The position numbers and the translations under genes were made by a program. Below the pieces are notes generated by a model. It was not told the origin of the DNA. It worked only from the letters and a program-made list of their open reading frames with translations, and did no database searches. Below, one piece after another: positions 8,720 to 17,571 of a stretch of 32,765 nt of DNA. The DNA comes from Spirochaetota bacterium (GTDB taxonomy: Bacteria; Spirochaetota; UBA4802; UBA5368), in assembly GCA_017998475.1 (NCBI GenBank), contig JAGODA010000001.1:1-32765 (forward strand), written 5' to 3'. Each line of letters begins with the position of its first letter. Position 1 is the stretch's first letter.

Positions 8720-9532
8720 TCAGCGGCCGTTCGTCGTGAGCCTCGATATCCCCAGCATCATGAAATACACGAGCGTTCCTCCCGCCACCATGGTCGCCCC
8801 GGTCGGAGTGTCGAGCCTGTAGGAAAGGAAGAGTCCGCCGAGCATGATACTCACCGCGTAGACGGTGCCTCCTGCGAGGACAAGCCTGAAGTTGTTCGAA
8901 ACGAGCAGCCCGAAGCTTGCCGGAAGAACGACGAGAGCCGAAACGAGCACGATCCCCACGATCTTGATGCTGACAACGATGATGGCGGCGAGGAAGACCA
9001 GCATGATGTTCTCGAGCAGCACTATCGGAACGCCGCTGACCGCTGCCACCTCTTCATCGAAGGAGGCGAACAGGATGCGGTGCAGGAAAACCGCGACGAA
9101 AGGCAGAAAAACGAGCAGTGCGATGATGACGATCGTCCGGTCGAAATCGGTTATTCCGAGGATGTTGCCGAACAGATAGCCCATGAGGTCGAATGAGTAG
9201 TCCTTGCGCATCGCGATTAACAGGGCTCCGAGCGCCATCGAAAACGAGAAAAAGATTCCGATACTCGCGTCGTAGCTGATCCGCCCGAGCTTTACGATGC
9301 GCCCTATCACGAGGGCGGAGGCGACGCAGAAGGCGAGCGATGTATAAAAGGGATTGATGCCGCAGAGCAGTCCGATCGCCACGCCGGCAAACGCCGTGTG
9401 CGCTATGCCCGCACCCATGAAGGAAAGCCCGCGCATCACCACGAAAAAAGAAAGCGTCCCGAAGAGGATGCCGAGGAGTATGCACATGATGAAGGCGTTC
9501 CGGAAGAATGTCATTTCGAAAAGCTCCATCAT
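8720..9532 (-). CDS. Metal (Zn/Mn) ABC transporter permease, ABC-3 (ZnuB/TroC-D) family
   Basis: A polytopic protein with ...FFVVMRGLSFMGAGIAHTAFAGVAIG.... ATG 9532 forms an ATGA overlap with the upstream ATPase stop and has GGAGG 5 nt upstream. The ORF track start at 9547 is the alternative. Confidence 0.9.
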   Translation of the reverse strand: MMELFEMTFFRNAFIMCILLGILFGTLSFFVVMRGLSFMGAGIAHTAFAGVAIGLLCGINPFYTSLAFCVASALVIGRIVKLGRISYDASIGIFFSFSMALGALLIAMRKDYSFDLMGYLFGNILGITDFDRTIVIIALLVFLPFVAVFLHRILFASFDEEVAAVSGVPIVLLENIMLVFLAAIIVVSIKIVGIVLVSALVVLPASFGLLVSNNFRLVLAGGTVYAVSIMLGGLFLSYRLDTPTGATMVAGGTLVYFMMLGISRLTTNGR

Positions 9533-10338
9533 CGGGACCTCCGGCATGTTTCGCAGTTCTGGTCGTGGTGCAGAAAATACACGTTTCTTCCGAACACCTT
9601 CTCGAGGGCTTCGGCCGGCATGTCCTCCGATGGCCTGCCATGGAAGTGAATGCGCTGCTTGAGGCAGGCGACCCTGTCCACAATGCCCGAAACGCTTCCT
9701 ATGTCGTGAGACACGAGGATGATGGTCATGCCCGCGGTGTCGCGAAGGTCCACGAGAAGCCGGTAAAAATTATCCTGGGCCACCGCGTCGAGCCCCGTCG
9801 AGGGCTCGTCGAGAATGAGCATGAGCGGATTGAGCGCGAGGGCCCTGGCGATGAGCACCCGCTGGCGCTCCCCTCCCGAAAGGCTGCCGAAGTGCCTGTC
9901 CCGTTTCTCGGCCATGCCGACGCGCTCGAGCGCGCTGTCGATCGCCTTGCGGTCCTCCTTTTCGAGCCGCTCGAAGGCGGATGCCCGCGCGTAGCGGGAC
10001 ATGGCGACCACGTCGTAGGCGCTGAGGGGGAAGTCGGCATTGTAGGAGGAGCGCTGGGGCAAATAGCCGATAAGTCCCCGGCGGCGGATGTCCGCGGGGG
10101 AATGGCCGAACACGCGCACCTCTCCGGCAGAAGGAGGTGTGAATCCCATTGCCGTGCGTAAAAGAGTGCTCTTGCCGCTCCCGTTGGGACCGACGATCGA
10201 GAGTATCTCGTTCCGCTCCACAGTAAGGTAAACATCCTCGAGCACGACCATCGTACCGAAACGAACCCAGACGCCGCTCATCGAGAGTGGCGCACCGTTC
10301 ACGTTTGCCGCAACTGTTTCGGTCATTCTTCGTTCCAC
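9529..10338 (-). CDS. Metal ABC transporter ATP-binding protein (ZnuC/TroB-like)
   Basis: Motifs are Walker A GPNGSGKST, signature LSGGERQR and Walker B LMILDEP. The start is GTG 10338, with ATG 10326 as the alternative. Confidence 0.92.
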   Translation of the reverse strand: MERRMTETVAANVNGAPLSMSGVWVRFGTMVVLEDVYLTVERNEILSIVGPNGSGKSTLLRTAMGFTPPSAGEVRVFGHSPADIRRRGLIGYLPQRSSYNADFPLSAYDVVAMSRYARASAFERLEKEDRKAIDSALERVGMAEKRDRHFGSLSGGERQRVLIARALALNPLMLILDEPSTGLDAVAQDNFYRLLVDLRDTAGMTIILVSHDIGSVSGIVDRVACLKQRIHFHGRPSEDMPAEALEKVFGRNVYFLHHDQNCETCRRSR

Positions 10339-10341
10339 TTT

Positions 10342-11223
10342 CTATTTGTTACCTCGCGCTTCCGAGAGCGCATTGGCGAACAGGCGAGCATTGTGCTCCA
10401 TCAGGCGCACGTAACCGTTCGCCACGGGATCGTCCTCGTCGCCGATCGCGTCGAGTTGCAGAAGCGCCGCTCCGCTCTCCCGGGCGAGTGCCGCCGCCGC
10501 TCCGCTCTGCACCTTGAGGTCGATAACAATGACCCGAACGCCTTCCGTACGTGCCCTGCGTACCAGCCGGTTGAAATCACGGACCGAGGGTTCGTGGCCG
10601 TGGCCCTTCTCGATCGTGTCGACGATTTCGAGCCCGTATTCGGCGGCGAAATAATCCCAGGATGGATGCCATTGTATAAACTTGCGGTAAGCGAGGAGGC
10701 GCAGCATGCCGGCTATGCGGCGATCGAGTTCATCGAGGGTTTTCTCGAACGATACGAGGTTATTCCGGTAATAGTGTGCGCCCTCGGGGTCCACTGTCGA
10801 AAGCCGATCCGCGATATGACGGGCGATGTCGCGTCCGCCCTTGATCGAAAGCCAGATATGGGGATTTTCGTGGTGGTTTCTCTCGAGCAGATATGAAACA
10901 TTCGTGTCTTTCTTCAAATATTTCTCCATCCACCCGTCAAATTCCGGATGAACACCGAGAAATACCCGGGATTCCTGCAGCCGTTTTACAACCGACGGGA
11001 CGGGCTCGAAGGTGTGGGGATTGGCGCCGGGAGGAACGGCGTGAAATACACTCGCTCGGCTTCCCGCGACGGAGCGTGCGATGTCGCAGACAGGGAAAAT
11101 TGAGACAGCCATCTGTATTTCATCAGCACGGGCCGACTCCCGGTCCCGTCCACAGGAGAGAAGCGCGGCGAAAACCAGAATAGAGGCAAAGGCGGCGGCT
11201 GCGCGCGGTGACGTGATCGTCAT
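10342..11223 (-). CDS. Metal ABC transporter substrate-binding lipoprotein (cluster A-I, ZnuA/TroA family)
   Basis: Lipoprotein signal MTITSPRAAAAFASILVFAALLSCG (lipobox LLSC). Metal-site-like motifs are HAVPPGANPHTFEP, NPHIWLS and WHPSWDYF. ATG 11223 is preceded by AAGGAG. The N-terminal extension to 11364 is Arg-rich and looks non-coding. Confidence 0.88.
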   Translation of the reverse strand: MTITSPRAAAAFASILVFAALLSCGRDRESARADEIQMAVSIFPVCDIARSVAGSRASVFHAVPPGANPHTFEPVPSVVKRLQESRVFLGVHPEFDGWMEKYLKKDTNVSYLLERNHHENPHIWLSIKGGRDIARHIADRLSTVDPEGAHYYRNNLVSFEKTLDELDRRIAGMLRLLAYRKFIQWHPSWDYFAAEYGLEIVDTIEKGHGHEPSVRDFNRLVRRARTEGVRVIVIDLKVQSGAAAALARESGAALLQLDAIGDEDDPVANGYVRLMEHNARLFANALSEARGNK

Positions 11224-11379
11224 GGGATCTCCTTCTTTCGGACCGGCGGGGCGAATGCTCGCACGCCGGCGGCGTGTTCGGTTTCCTACTGTGCGCTCTC
11301 GAAATGTTTCGCGCAAGTATTTATTGTCGACCGGAGCGCGGACGGCGGAGTGCCGAGCGTCCATGCCGTGTTGTTTTAC

Positions 11380-11409
11380 TTGACAAAAACCGGTACGAGC
11401 GGCTAATCA
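11380..11409 (+). promoter_or_regulatory. Candidate sigma70-type promoter facing guaB (TTGACA-N18-TAATCA)
   Basis: TTGACA at 11380-11385 and TAATCA at 11404-11409. This would give a leader of about 165 nt before the guaB ATG. The -10 is weak. Confidence 0.3.
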
Positions 11410-11578
11410 ACAAAAACAAGCGAATCGTCGTTGAGTGGCATTTGTCGGCGACCTGAGACCGCGGCGTACCGGCCGGGAAACCGGTTTGATCACCGTTAAA
11501 AAGTTGAAATCGGCGAATTCCATGATACCATAGTGGGCAACGGCAACGCCCCCTTCGAGTACGATAAAGGAGCATCCC

Positions 11579-13075
11579 ATGGCGATTAAAGACGGATTCC
11601 CGGCGGAAGATCTTTTCTGTTCGGACCACGGCCTGACCTATAACGACTTCATCATCCTCCCCGGATATATCGACTTCGCGCCCGACGACGTTGACCTCGA
11701 GGCGAACCTGACGCGCAATATCGTCCTGAAAAGGCCGATCACATCGAGCCCGATGGACACGGTGACCGAGTATCGCATGGCGATCGGCATGGCGCTTCTC
11801 GGTGGCATAGGATTCATCCATTACAACAATACGATCGAGGAGCAGGTCGAGCACGTAAAGAAGGTAAAGCGTTTCGAGAACGGATTCATCACGGACCCCA
11901 TTGTGCTCTCCCCCTCGAACACCATCGCCGATATCGACGAGATCAAATCGAAATACGGCTTTTCGGGAATCCCCATCACGGAGGACGGAAAGCTCTATTC
12001 CAGGCTGGTCGGAGTGGTGACCAACCGCGACATCGACTTCGAGACCGATCGCACCCGGAAGCTCAGGGAGGTGATGACAACGGACCTCCTGACGGCGAAG
12101 AAGGATATATCACTCACCCAGGCGAACGAGATATTAAAAAAATCGAAAAAGGGAAAGCTTCCCATAGTCGATGAAAAGGGGTGCCTGGTCGCGTTCATGT
12201 GCAGGAATGACCTTCTGAAAAACAGGGAATATCCTTACGCGTCCAAGGACGGCCAGAAACAGCTGATGGTGGGCGCCGCGATATCCACCAAGGAGGAATC
12301 AAGGGAGCGTCTGGACAAGCTGGTCCAGGCGGGCCTTAACGTAGTAGTGATCGACGCGGCCCAGGGGAATTCCCTCTATCAGGTCGAGATGATCAAATAT
12401 ATTAAAAAGAGCTATCCGTCGCTCGAGGTCATCGGCGGTAACGTCGTAACCGAGGAGCAGTGCGAAAACCTGATAAAGGCGGGAGCCGACGGCCTGCGGA
12501 TCGGGATGGGGCCGGGTTCCATCTGTACTACCCAGACCACGATGGCGGTGGGACGGGCGCAGGCCACCGCCGTTTATCGCTGCGCGCGATACGCCCGCGG
12601 GCACGGAGTGCCGGTAATCGCCGATGGAGGCATCTCGGTGACCGGCCATATCGCCAAGGCTCTTTCCCTCGGAGCTTCCGCGGCCATGATGGGCTCGATG
12701 TTCGCGGCGACCGAGGAGGCGCCGGGCGAGTACTTCTACGAAAACGGAATACGCCTGAAACGCTACCGCGGCATGGCGTCGCTCGAGGCGATGGAGAAGG
12801 GCGGCGGGAAACGCTATTTCGCGGATGACGCGAAAATCATGGTGGCGCAGGGCGTTTCCGGGGCCGTGGTCGACAAGGGCTCCCTGTTCGATTACGTCCC
12901 CTACCTCATACAGGGGCTCAAGCATTCCCTCCAGGATATGGGCGCCCGCAGCGTTAAAAAACTTCACGAAATGCTCTATTCGGGGGATCTGCGGTTCGAG
13001 CGGCGTTCGATATCAGCACAGATAGAGGGCGGGGTGCATGACATGTATTCCTACAAGGAGCCCAAATACATGTAA
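11579..13075 (+). CDS. guaB: IMP dehydrogenase
   Basis: A 498-aa protein with the catalytic loop [13 protein letters not shown], ...GGNVVT..., [10 protein letters not shown] and a CBS pair in the region from about residue 100 to 220. AAAGGAG SD. Confidence 0.95.
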   Translation: MAIKDGFPAEDLFCSDHGLTYNDFIILPGYIDFAPDDVDLEANLTRNIVLKRPITSSPMDTVTEYRMAIGMALLGGIGFIHYNNTIEEQVEHVKKVKRFENGFITDPIVLSPSNTIADIDEIKSKYGFSGIPITEDGKLYSRLVGVVTNRDIDFETDRTRKLREVMTTDLLTAKKDISLTQANEILKKSKKGKLPIVDEKGCLVAFMCRNDLLKNREYPYASKDGQKQLMVGAAISTKEESRERLDKLVQAGLNVVVIDAAQGNSLYQVEMIKYIKKSYPSLEVIGGNVVTEEQCENLIKAGADGLRIGMGPGSICTTQTTMAVGRAQATAVYRCARYARGHGVPVIADGGISVTGHIAKALSLGASAAMMGSMFAATEEAPGEYFYENGIRLKRYRGMASLEAMEKGGGKRYFADDAKIMVAQGVSGAVVDKGSLFDYVPYLIQGLKHSLQDMGARSVKKLHEMLYSGDLRFERRSISAQIEGGVHDMYSYKEPKYM

Positions 13076-13079
13076 AGCT

Positions 13080-13718
13080 TCAGCCGTCGGGTTTCCGCCG
13101 GTTTGCGGCCCTCAGCCTTATGACGATGTACACGGCGAGGGCCGTTGCCATCAGCGCTATGACAACCGTGTTGTAATTGCGGAGGATGGTCCCCATGCGT
13201 TCTTTCACCAGTTCCCAGTTGTCACCCAACAGATACCCGGTGTGAATCCAGATGAGGTTCCATACCGAAGCGCTGGCGATTGCACACAGCAACACTTTCC
13301 ATAGAGACAGCCGGGCAATGCCGGATGCAAGGGAGATCACCGAACGGATACCGGGCAGGAATCTGTTGGCCAGGACGACGAGATAGCCATATCGCCTGAA
13401 CCAGGCCTCTGCCTTCATGATGCGCCTGGCCGGGAGATGACGGTAATCCCTGCCTATGAAAAATTCACGCCCGAGATAGCGGCCGACCAGCACGAGACAG
13501 ACAAACCCCAGCACGCTGCCGAGCGTCGTTGACAGATAAACCAGGGAATAATCGAGCCTTCCGGTGCCGACCAGAAAGGCGCCGAACGCGGTTATGGTGT
13601 CGCCCGGCACCGGCGGGAAAACGTTCTCGATGAACGCGCTTATAAAAAGCAGGAGGTAGAGCAGCGCGTCGCTTGCCCCTGCAAGGGTCGGGAGGATATC
13701 GGCCAGCGTGGTTTCCAT
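13080..13718 (-). CDS. DedA-family (SNARE-associated) inner-membrane protein
   Basis: Signature FIENVFPPVPGDTI, then ...RYGYLVVLANRFLPGIRS... and several TM helices. Confidence 0.85.
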   Translation of the reverse strand: METTLADILPTLAGASDALLYLLLFISAFIENVFPPVPGDTITAFGAFLVGTGRLDYSLVYLSTTLGSVLGFVCLVLVGRYLGREFFIGRDYRHLPARRIMKAEAWFRRYGYLVVLANRFLPGIRSVISLASGIARLSLWKVLLCAIASASVWNLIWIHTGYLLGDNWELVKERMGTILRNYNTVVIALMATALAVYIVIRLRAANRRKPDG

Positions 13719-13789
13719 GGATGAGTCATTTCACATGATGTTAAAACACCCGGCAATACTTTTATGCGGGGGCACGGGAGGAAAAATCC

Positions 13790-13817
13790 TTGATTATTAG
13801 CGATGAACGAGTATTAT
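13790..13817 (+). promoter_or_regulatory. Candidate sigma70 promoter of the lipoprotein gene (TTGATT-N16-TATTAT)
   Basis: TTGATT at 13790-13795 and TATTAT at 13812-13817, about 45 nt upstream of GTG 13864. Confidence 0.5.
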
Positions 13818-13863
13818 CACCGGATCGTGACGCGCGCTACCCCATGACTGAGAGGTTATAACG

Positions 13864-14400
13864 GTGAGAAGGTTACTGGTTTTTTCCCTCATGCTTGCTT
13901 CCCTGGCGATGGTTTCATGTAAAACGGCGGAAGTCAAGGACCCCATGAAAGAGCGTATTGACGAATATCTTACTGTTGACCCGAACGCCAAGGAGCTTTT
14001 CCGCGTTCTGATGATGTCCGATCGTTACCTGCTGTCTCAGATGAATCATGCCGACAGAATCCGTCGCAATGAGGACTCGGGCGGCGACAAGTACATGACC
14101 GAGGAACTGAAGAAATTCGACAAGATAGATGAAGAGCGGGACGGTGTAATCGCGGTATGGCTCTATCCCGATTCCGGCAGGCTGATGAAGGTAAGGCCGA
14201 AAAAGCTTACGTATCTGGTGGAGATAGACAAGCTTATCGTGGAGGACATTCAGCGCTGGAGCTTCCAGTTCCCGGCAAAGGACGTGTATCCCACGCAGTT
14301 TGACGTGCGCTACAGGGTTATCCTCCGCAAAACGCTCTCGGACGAAGAGATAATGAAAGAGGTGCGGGAAAAGATAATCGAAAAAACGGGTTCGCGCTGA
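13864..14400 (+). CDS. Lipoprotein with a TonB-C-terminal-like domain (178 aa)
   Basis: Lipoprotein signal MRRLLVFSLMLASLAMVSC. The C-terminal part DGVIAVWLYPDSGRLMKVRPKK...IDKLIVEDIQRWSFQFP...FDVRYRVIL follows the TonB_C pattern (G-V-V-F-V-DG-V---V / W-F-P). GTG start with a GAGAGG SD. Confidence 0.6.
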   Translation: MRRLLVFSLMLASLAMVSCKTAEVKDPMKERIDEYLTVDPNAKELFRVLMMSDRYLLSQMNHADRIRRNEDSGGDKYMTEELKKFDKIDEERDGVIAVWLYPDSGRLMKVRPKKLTYLVEIDKLIVEDIQRWSFQFPAKDVYPTQFDVRYRVILRKTLSDEEIMKEVREKIIEKTGSR

Positions 14401-16827
14401 TCAGACAGAAGCGGTATTGATTATCAGGCGGACCGAGTTTTCGTCGATCATGAGTTTTTTCGCGATGTCGGTCGAGTTCCAGCCCCTGCTGGACAGCTCC
14501 CTCACGGTTTTTATCACGCCTTCGTTGAGGTTTTTCCCCAGCGGAAGATCACCCTTCATCTGACGGGCGATAGGATTGTTGTTTTCCACGGCCTGAAGAA
14601 AATCCGCGAACTGCTTCATCTTCCGGTCGGTCTGGCTGAACATGTCCTTCAGCCGCGAGTCGGTGCTGTCGATTTCGGAGCGCATCGACTCCATCTTCTG
14701 AAACATGGCGTGAATCTGATCGATGCGCTTCTCGATGTGGGCCGTGAGCCCCTCGAGCTCGCCGAACTTGTCCTTAACGTCGCGTATCTCCTGTTCCCGC
14801 GACTTGAGTACGAGCGTGTTCTCCTCTATCGAGGTGAGATACTGGGTCAGCTTCTGGATGCGCTTGTCCGAACGCTCGAGCACCGACTGAAAGGAGCCTA
14901 TTCTGGACTCCATGGACTTTATCAGTAAATCGGCCTTGTGGGACGAGTCGAGGTTTTTCGCGATCGTGTCCTCGTATTCGCGTAACTCGGCGATCCTCGC
15001 TTCCAGCCCGGCGTAACTCTGCCCGAGAGTCTCGATGCGCGCGTTCACGATGTCGATTTTGGAGATTTTGTCCTCGAGCGACTCCATCTTCTGGGTGACC
15101 ATGTCGGTCAGCCCGATGATTCCGGCCAGCTCGTTTTCGTAATTGGCAAGCCTCGTTTTGCGCCCCTCGAAGGCCTTGAGCTCTTTCTCGACGGTCTTGC
15201 GCAGGTCCTTTATCTTTTCGATATCGTCCATGAACTTCTGTATGCTGCGCGCCTCTTCCCTGGCGTCCTTCAGCATGACGCCGAAGTTCTGCACGGCGTC
15301 CTCCACCTTGCGCATCATCTCGTCGCTTTTGGTGAAGATCTGCCTGCTCTCCTCGTACTGGGTTATCTCCTTGCGCATGTCGAGGAGGCGCTGCTCCATC
15401 TGGGCGAAATCCGTCTTCACGCGCTGCATCTGCGAATCGAGGGAATCGTTAAAACGCTCCTCCATGTCCGAAAGTTTTTCCGACAGTGAGCTGAATCGCT
15501 GCTCGACTCCGCGGTATTCGGAGATAAGCGTGGACATCTTTTCCTCGGCGGTTTCGGAAAGGCGGTTTTCCATTTCGGCGTATTTCTCGTCGAAGTCCTC
15601 GATCTTCGCTATGGTTTCCTCGGCCTCTTTGCGCGCGGCCTTCACGATTTCGTCCTTTTTGGCGATGGAGTGTATGCTCAGGTTGTCGATTTCGGTGCGA
15701 ATCTTCTGGACCTCGTCGGCGAAGGAGGCTATGAGTTTCGACTTGGAGTCGTCGATGGTGTTCTCCACGGTGCGGAGCTTCCCGTAGACCTTGTCGATAT
15801 CGGTCTCGACTTTCTCCAGAAGGGAGTCGCGGCTTCGATGAAATTCGGCGACGGACTCCGCGATTTCCCGTTTTATGTCGGCGGACTTGTCTTTTATGTC
15901 CGCGAACACGCTGTTTTCGAGGTCGGAGAGGGTAGCCTTGAGGGCGTTGACCTTGGAATTGATATCGGTAATATCCGAACGCGTTTCGGCAAGGGACTGG
16001 CTGCGGGTTTCCTGAAGCGAGAGCTCGAAGTTTTCTATTCCCTTTTCGATATTGCCTATCTTGGCGTTGATGTCGGTGAATACCCTCCGCTCGGCCGAAT
16101 CTATGCGGCTTTCGAGCAGGTCGGCCGTATGGCTCACGGAATCGATGCGTGATTTGATGTTTTCGAGGATGGCCTCACCCGTCGTGGTGATACCCTGCTC
16201 CATGCGGGCGAGCGAATCGGAGAACGTCCGGGTGAGCAGCTCAACTTTCTCCTGGGCGGAGCCAAGCAGGGCGGCCTCGTTTTCCCTGAATGATTCCCTG
16301 AGTCTGGTGATCTGGGCCGCGATCTCCTCTCCCATTTCGCGGGAGCGCTCGCGGACCCTGTCGTTGAATCCCTGTATAATGACGGAGCTCTCGCGCTCGG
16401 CCCGGGCGAGCCCCTCGACCAGCGTGCCGATCTTCTTCGCCATGTCGCCGAACCCTGCCCTGGACGCGGCGATAAACTCGATCTGTTTGTTGACCTCGCG
16501 CGCCGCCTGCGAAACTACTTTCAGATCGTCCTCGACCTTCTTGAGGCTTGATTTCTCTATGTCGAGTCCCTTGATCCTGTTCTCGATCTCCGTGATCGAT
16601 TCCCTCAGCGAGGTCGAGAGTCCCGAGGCTTTCTTGACGAGAAGATCCATCTCGATCGTGGCGTCGTTGAAGCGGCGGCTTTCCGTGTCGGCCAGTTTTC
16701 TGAAATCGTTGAAGATCTTGGACGAGAATCGCTTCAGCTTGATCATTTTCAGGTTTGATCGGTCGAGCCGGCGGAATGCCAGCAGCATCAGCAGGCACGA
16801 CAGGAGCGTTACGATATTCCACGTCAT
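14401..16827 (-). CDS. Membrane-anchored long coiled-coil protein with a C-terminal helix-turn-helix-like tail (808 aa from ATG 16827)
   Basis: One N-terminal TM helix (WNIVTLLSCLLMLLAF) is followed by RRLDR. About 700 aa of charged helical, heptad-like sequence come next. The tail is GVIKTVRELSSRGWNSTDIAKKLMIDENSVRLII. The ORF is open to 16923, but the predicted promoter lies inside that extension. Confidence 0.75.
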   Translation of the reverse strand: MTWNIVTLLSCLLMLLAFRRLDRSNLKMIKLKRFSSKIFNDFRKLADTESRRFNDATIEMDLLVKKASGLSTSLRESITEIENRIKGLDIEKSSLKKVEDDLKVVSQAAREVNKQIEFIAASRAGFGDMAKKIGTLVEGLARAERESSVIIQGFNDRVRERSREMGEEIAAQITRLRESFRENEAALLGSAQEKVELLTRTFSDSLARMEQGITTTGEAILENIKSRIDSVSHTADLLESRIDSAERRVFTDINAKIGNIEKGIENFELSLQETRSQSLAETRSDITDINSKVNALKATLSDLENSVFADIKDKSADIKREIAESVAEFHRSRDSLLEKVETDIDKVYGKLRTVENTIDDSKSKLIASFADEVQKIRTEIDNLSIHSIAKKDEIVKAARKEAEETIAKIEDFDEKYAEMENRLSETAEEKMSTLISEYRGVEQRFSSLSEKLSDMEERFNDSLDSQMQRVKTDFAQMEQRLLDMRKEITQYEESRQIFTKSDEMMRKVEDAVQNFGVMLKDAREEARSIQKFMDDIEKIKDLRKTVEKELKAFEGRKTRLANYENELAGIIGLTDMVTQKMESLEDKISKIDIVNARIETLGQSYAGLEARIAELREYEDTIAKNLDSSHKADLLIKSMESRIGSFQSVLERSDKRIQKLTQYLTSIEENTLVLKSREQEIRDVKDKFGELEGLTAHIEKRIDQIHAMFQKMESMRSEIDSTDSRLKDMFSQTDRKMKQFADFLQAVENNNPIARQMKGDLPLGKNLNEGVIKTVRELSSRGWNSTDIAKKLMIDENSVRLIINTASV

Positions 16828-16894
16828 CTCTTGCACTCTCCGGGCGTAGTCTTCTTTAAACAACCAGGCCGCAGGGACGGTATCCCAAATGACG

Positions 16895-16923
16895 ATTCTA
16901 TATAAATCCTGATGAATTGTCAA
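16895..16923 (-). promoter_or_regulatory. Candidate sigma70 promoter of the coiled-coil gene (TTGACA-N17-TAGAAT)
   Basis: On the minus strand, TTGACA is at 16923..16918, followed by a 17-nt spacer and TAGAAT at 16900..16895. This places the transcript start near 16888 and favours ATG 16827 as the start codon. Confidence 0.55.
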
Positions 16924-17022
16924 TATCTATTTTATGTCTCATTAAAAAAGAGGCCTGGTGTCCGACTTTTTTCTGAGAACCACGGAGACGGGGGCTATCT
17001 TAGCGATAATGGAGAATGGCTC

Positions 17023-17571
17023 ATGATAAGGAAGGCTTTCTTTTTCGGTAGTGTCGTAATCGGGGTGACGATTCTCGCCGCATTCGTTCTTTCCGAGGCG
17101 ATGGTGAAAAAAGAATCGTTCGCCGAAAGGATGCTCGAAACCAGGAATTTTCGCGACGGCAGGACCGTGGAACTGGTGTGTGAGATAACGGCGTATTGTC
17201 CGGGCCCGTGCTGCAACACGGAGTATATTTCGGGAGAGGATGGCCCGGCCGTTCTGGACTGGAGCGATCGTCTCGCCGTAGGCGGACTTTCCATTACGGC
17301 TCTTCTGGGTGAGGGCCTTCGACCCGCCGCGGTCGATACCTCGATTATCCCCTTCGGTTCCGTCATCGATTACGAAGGTGTACTGTATGTGGCGCTCGAC
17401 CGTGGCGGCGCAATTAAAGGAGCGCGCCTGGATCTCGCCTTGCCCTCTCACGAAGAATGCGTATTGTTCGGGCGCAGGGCCGGCCGGTCCGTCACCGTGT
17501 ATGTTCCGAATTCACCCTCTCGTGCGGTAAGGATGATCAGGGAAAAATTCGGCGATGCCGGCGGGATTTAG
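17023..17571 (+). CDS. 3D-domain (MltA/YuiC-like) cell-wall protein with an N-terminal membrane anchor
   Basis: TM helix FFFGSVVIGVTILAAFVL. 3D-domain pattern: EITAYCPGPCC..., AAVDTSIIPFGSVI and YVALDRGGAIKGARLDL. ATG 17023 has a GGAGA SD. Confidence 0.75.
   Translation: MIRKAFFFGSVVIGVTILAAFVLSEAMVKKESFAERMLETRNFRDGRTVELVCEITAYCPGPCCNTEYISGEDGPAVLDWSDRLAVGGLSITALLGEGLRPAAVDTSIIPFGSVIDYEGVLYVALDRGGAIKGARLDLALPSHEECVLFGRRAGRSVTVYVPNSPSRAVRMIREKFGDAGGI

Noticed and set aside
11410-11578. Possible purine, ZTP or other riboswitch, and a sigma-54 promoter (TGGCAT...GGC at about 11443), upstream of guaB
   Set aside because: I could not find the conserved cores of the purine or ZTP (pfl) motifs by eye. 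The -24/-12 spacing and the TTGC element of sigma-54 promoters are not met.
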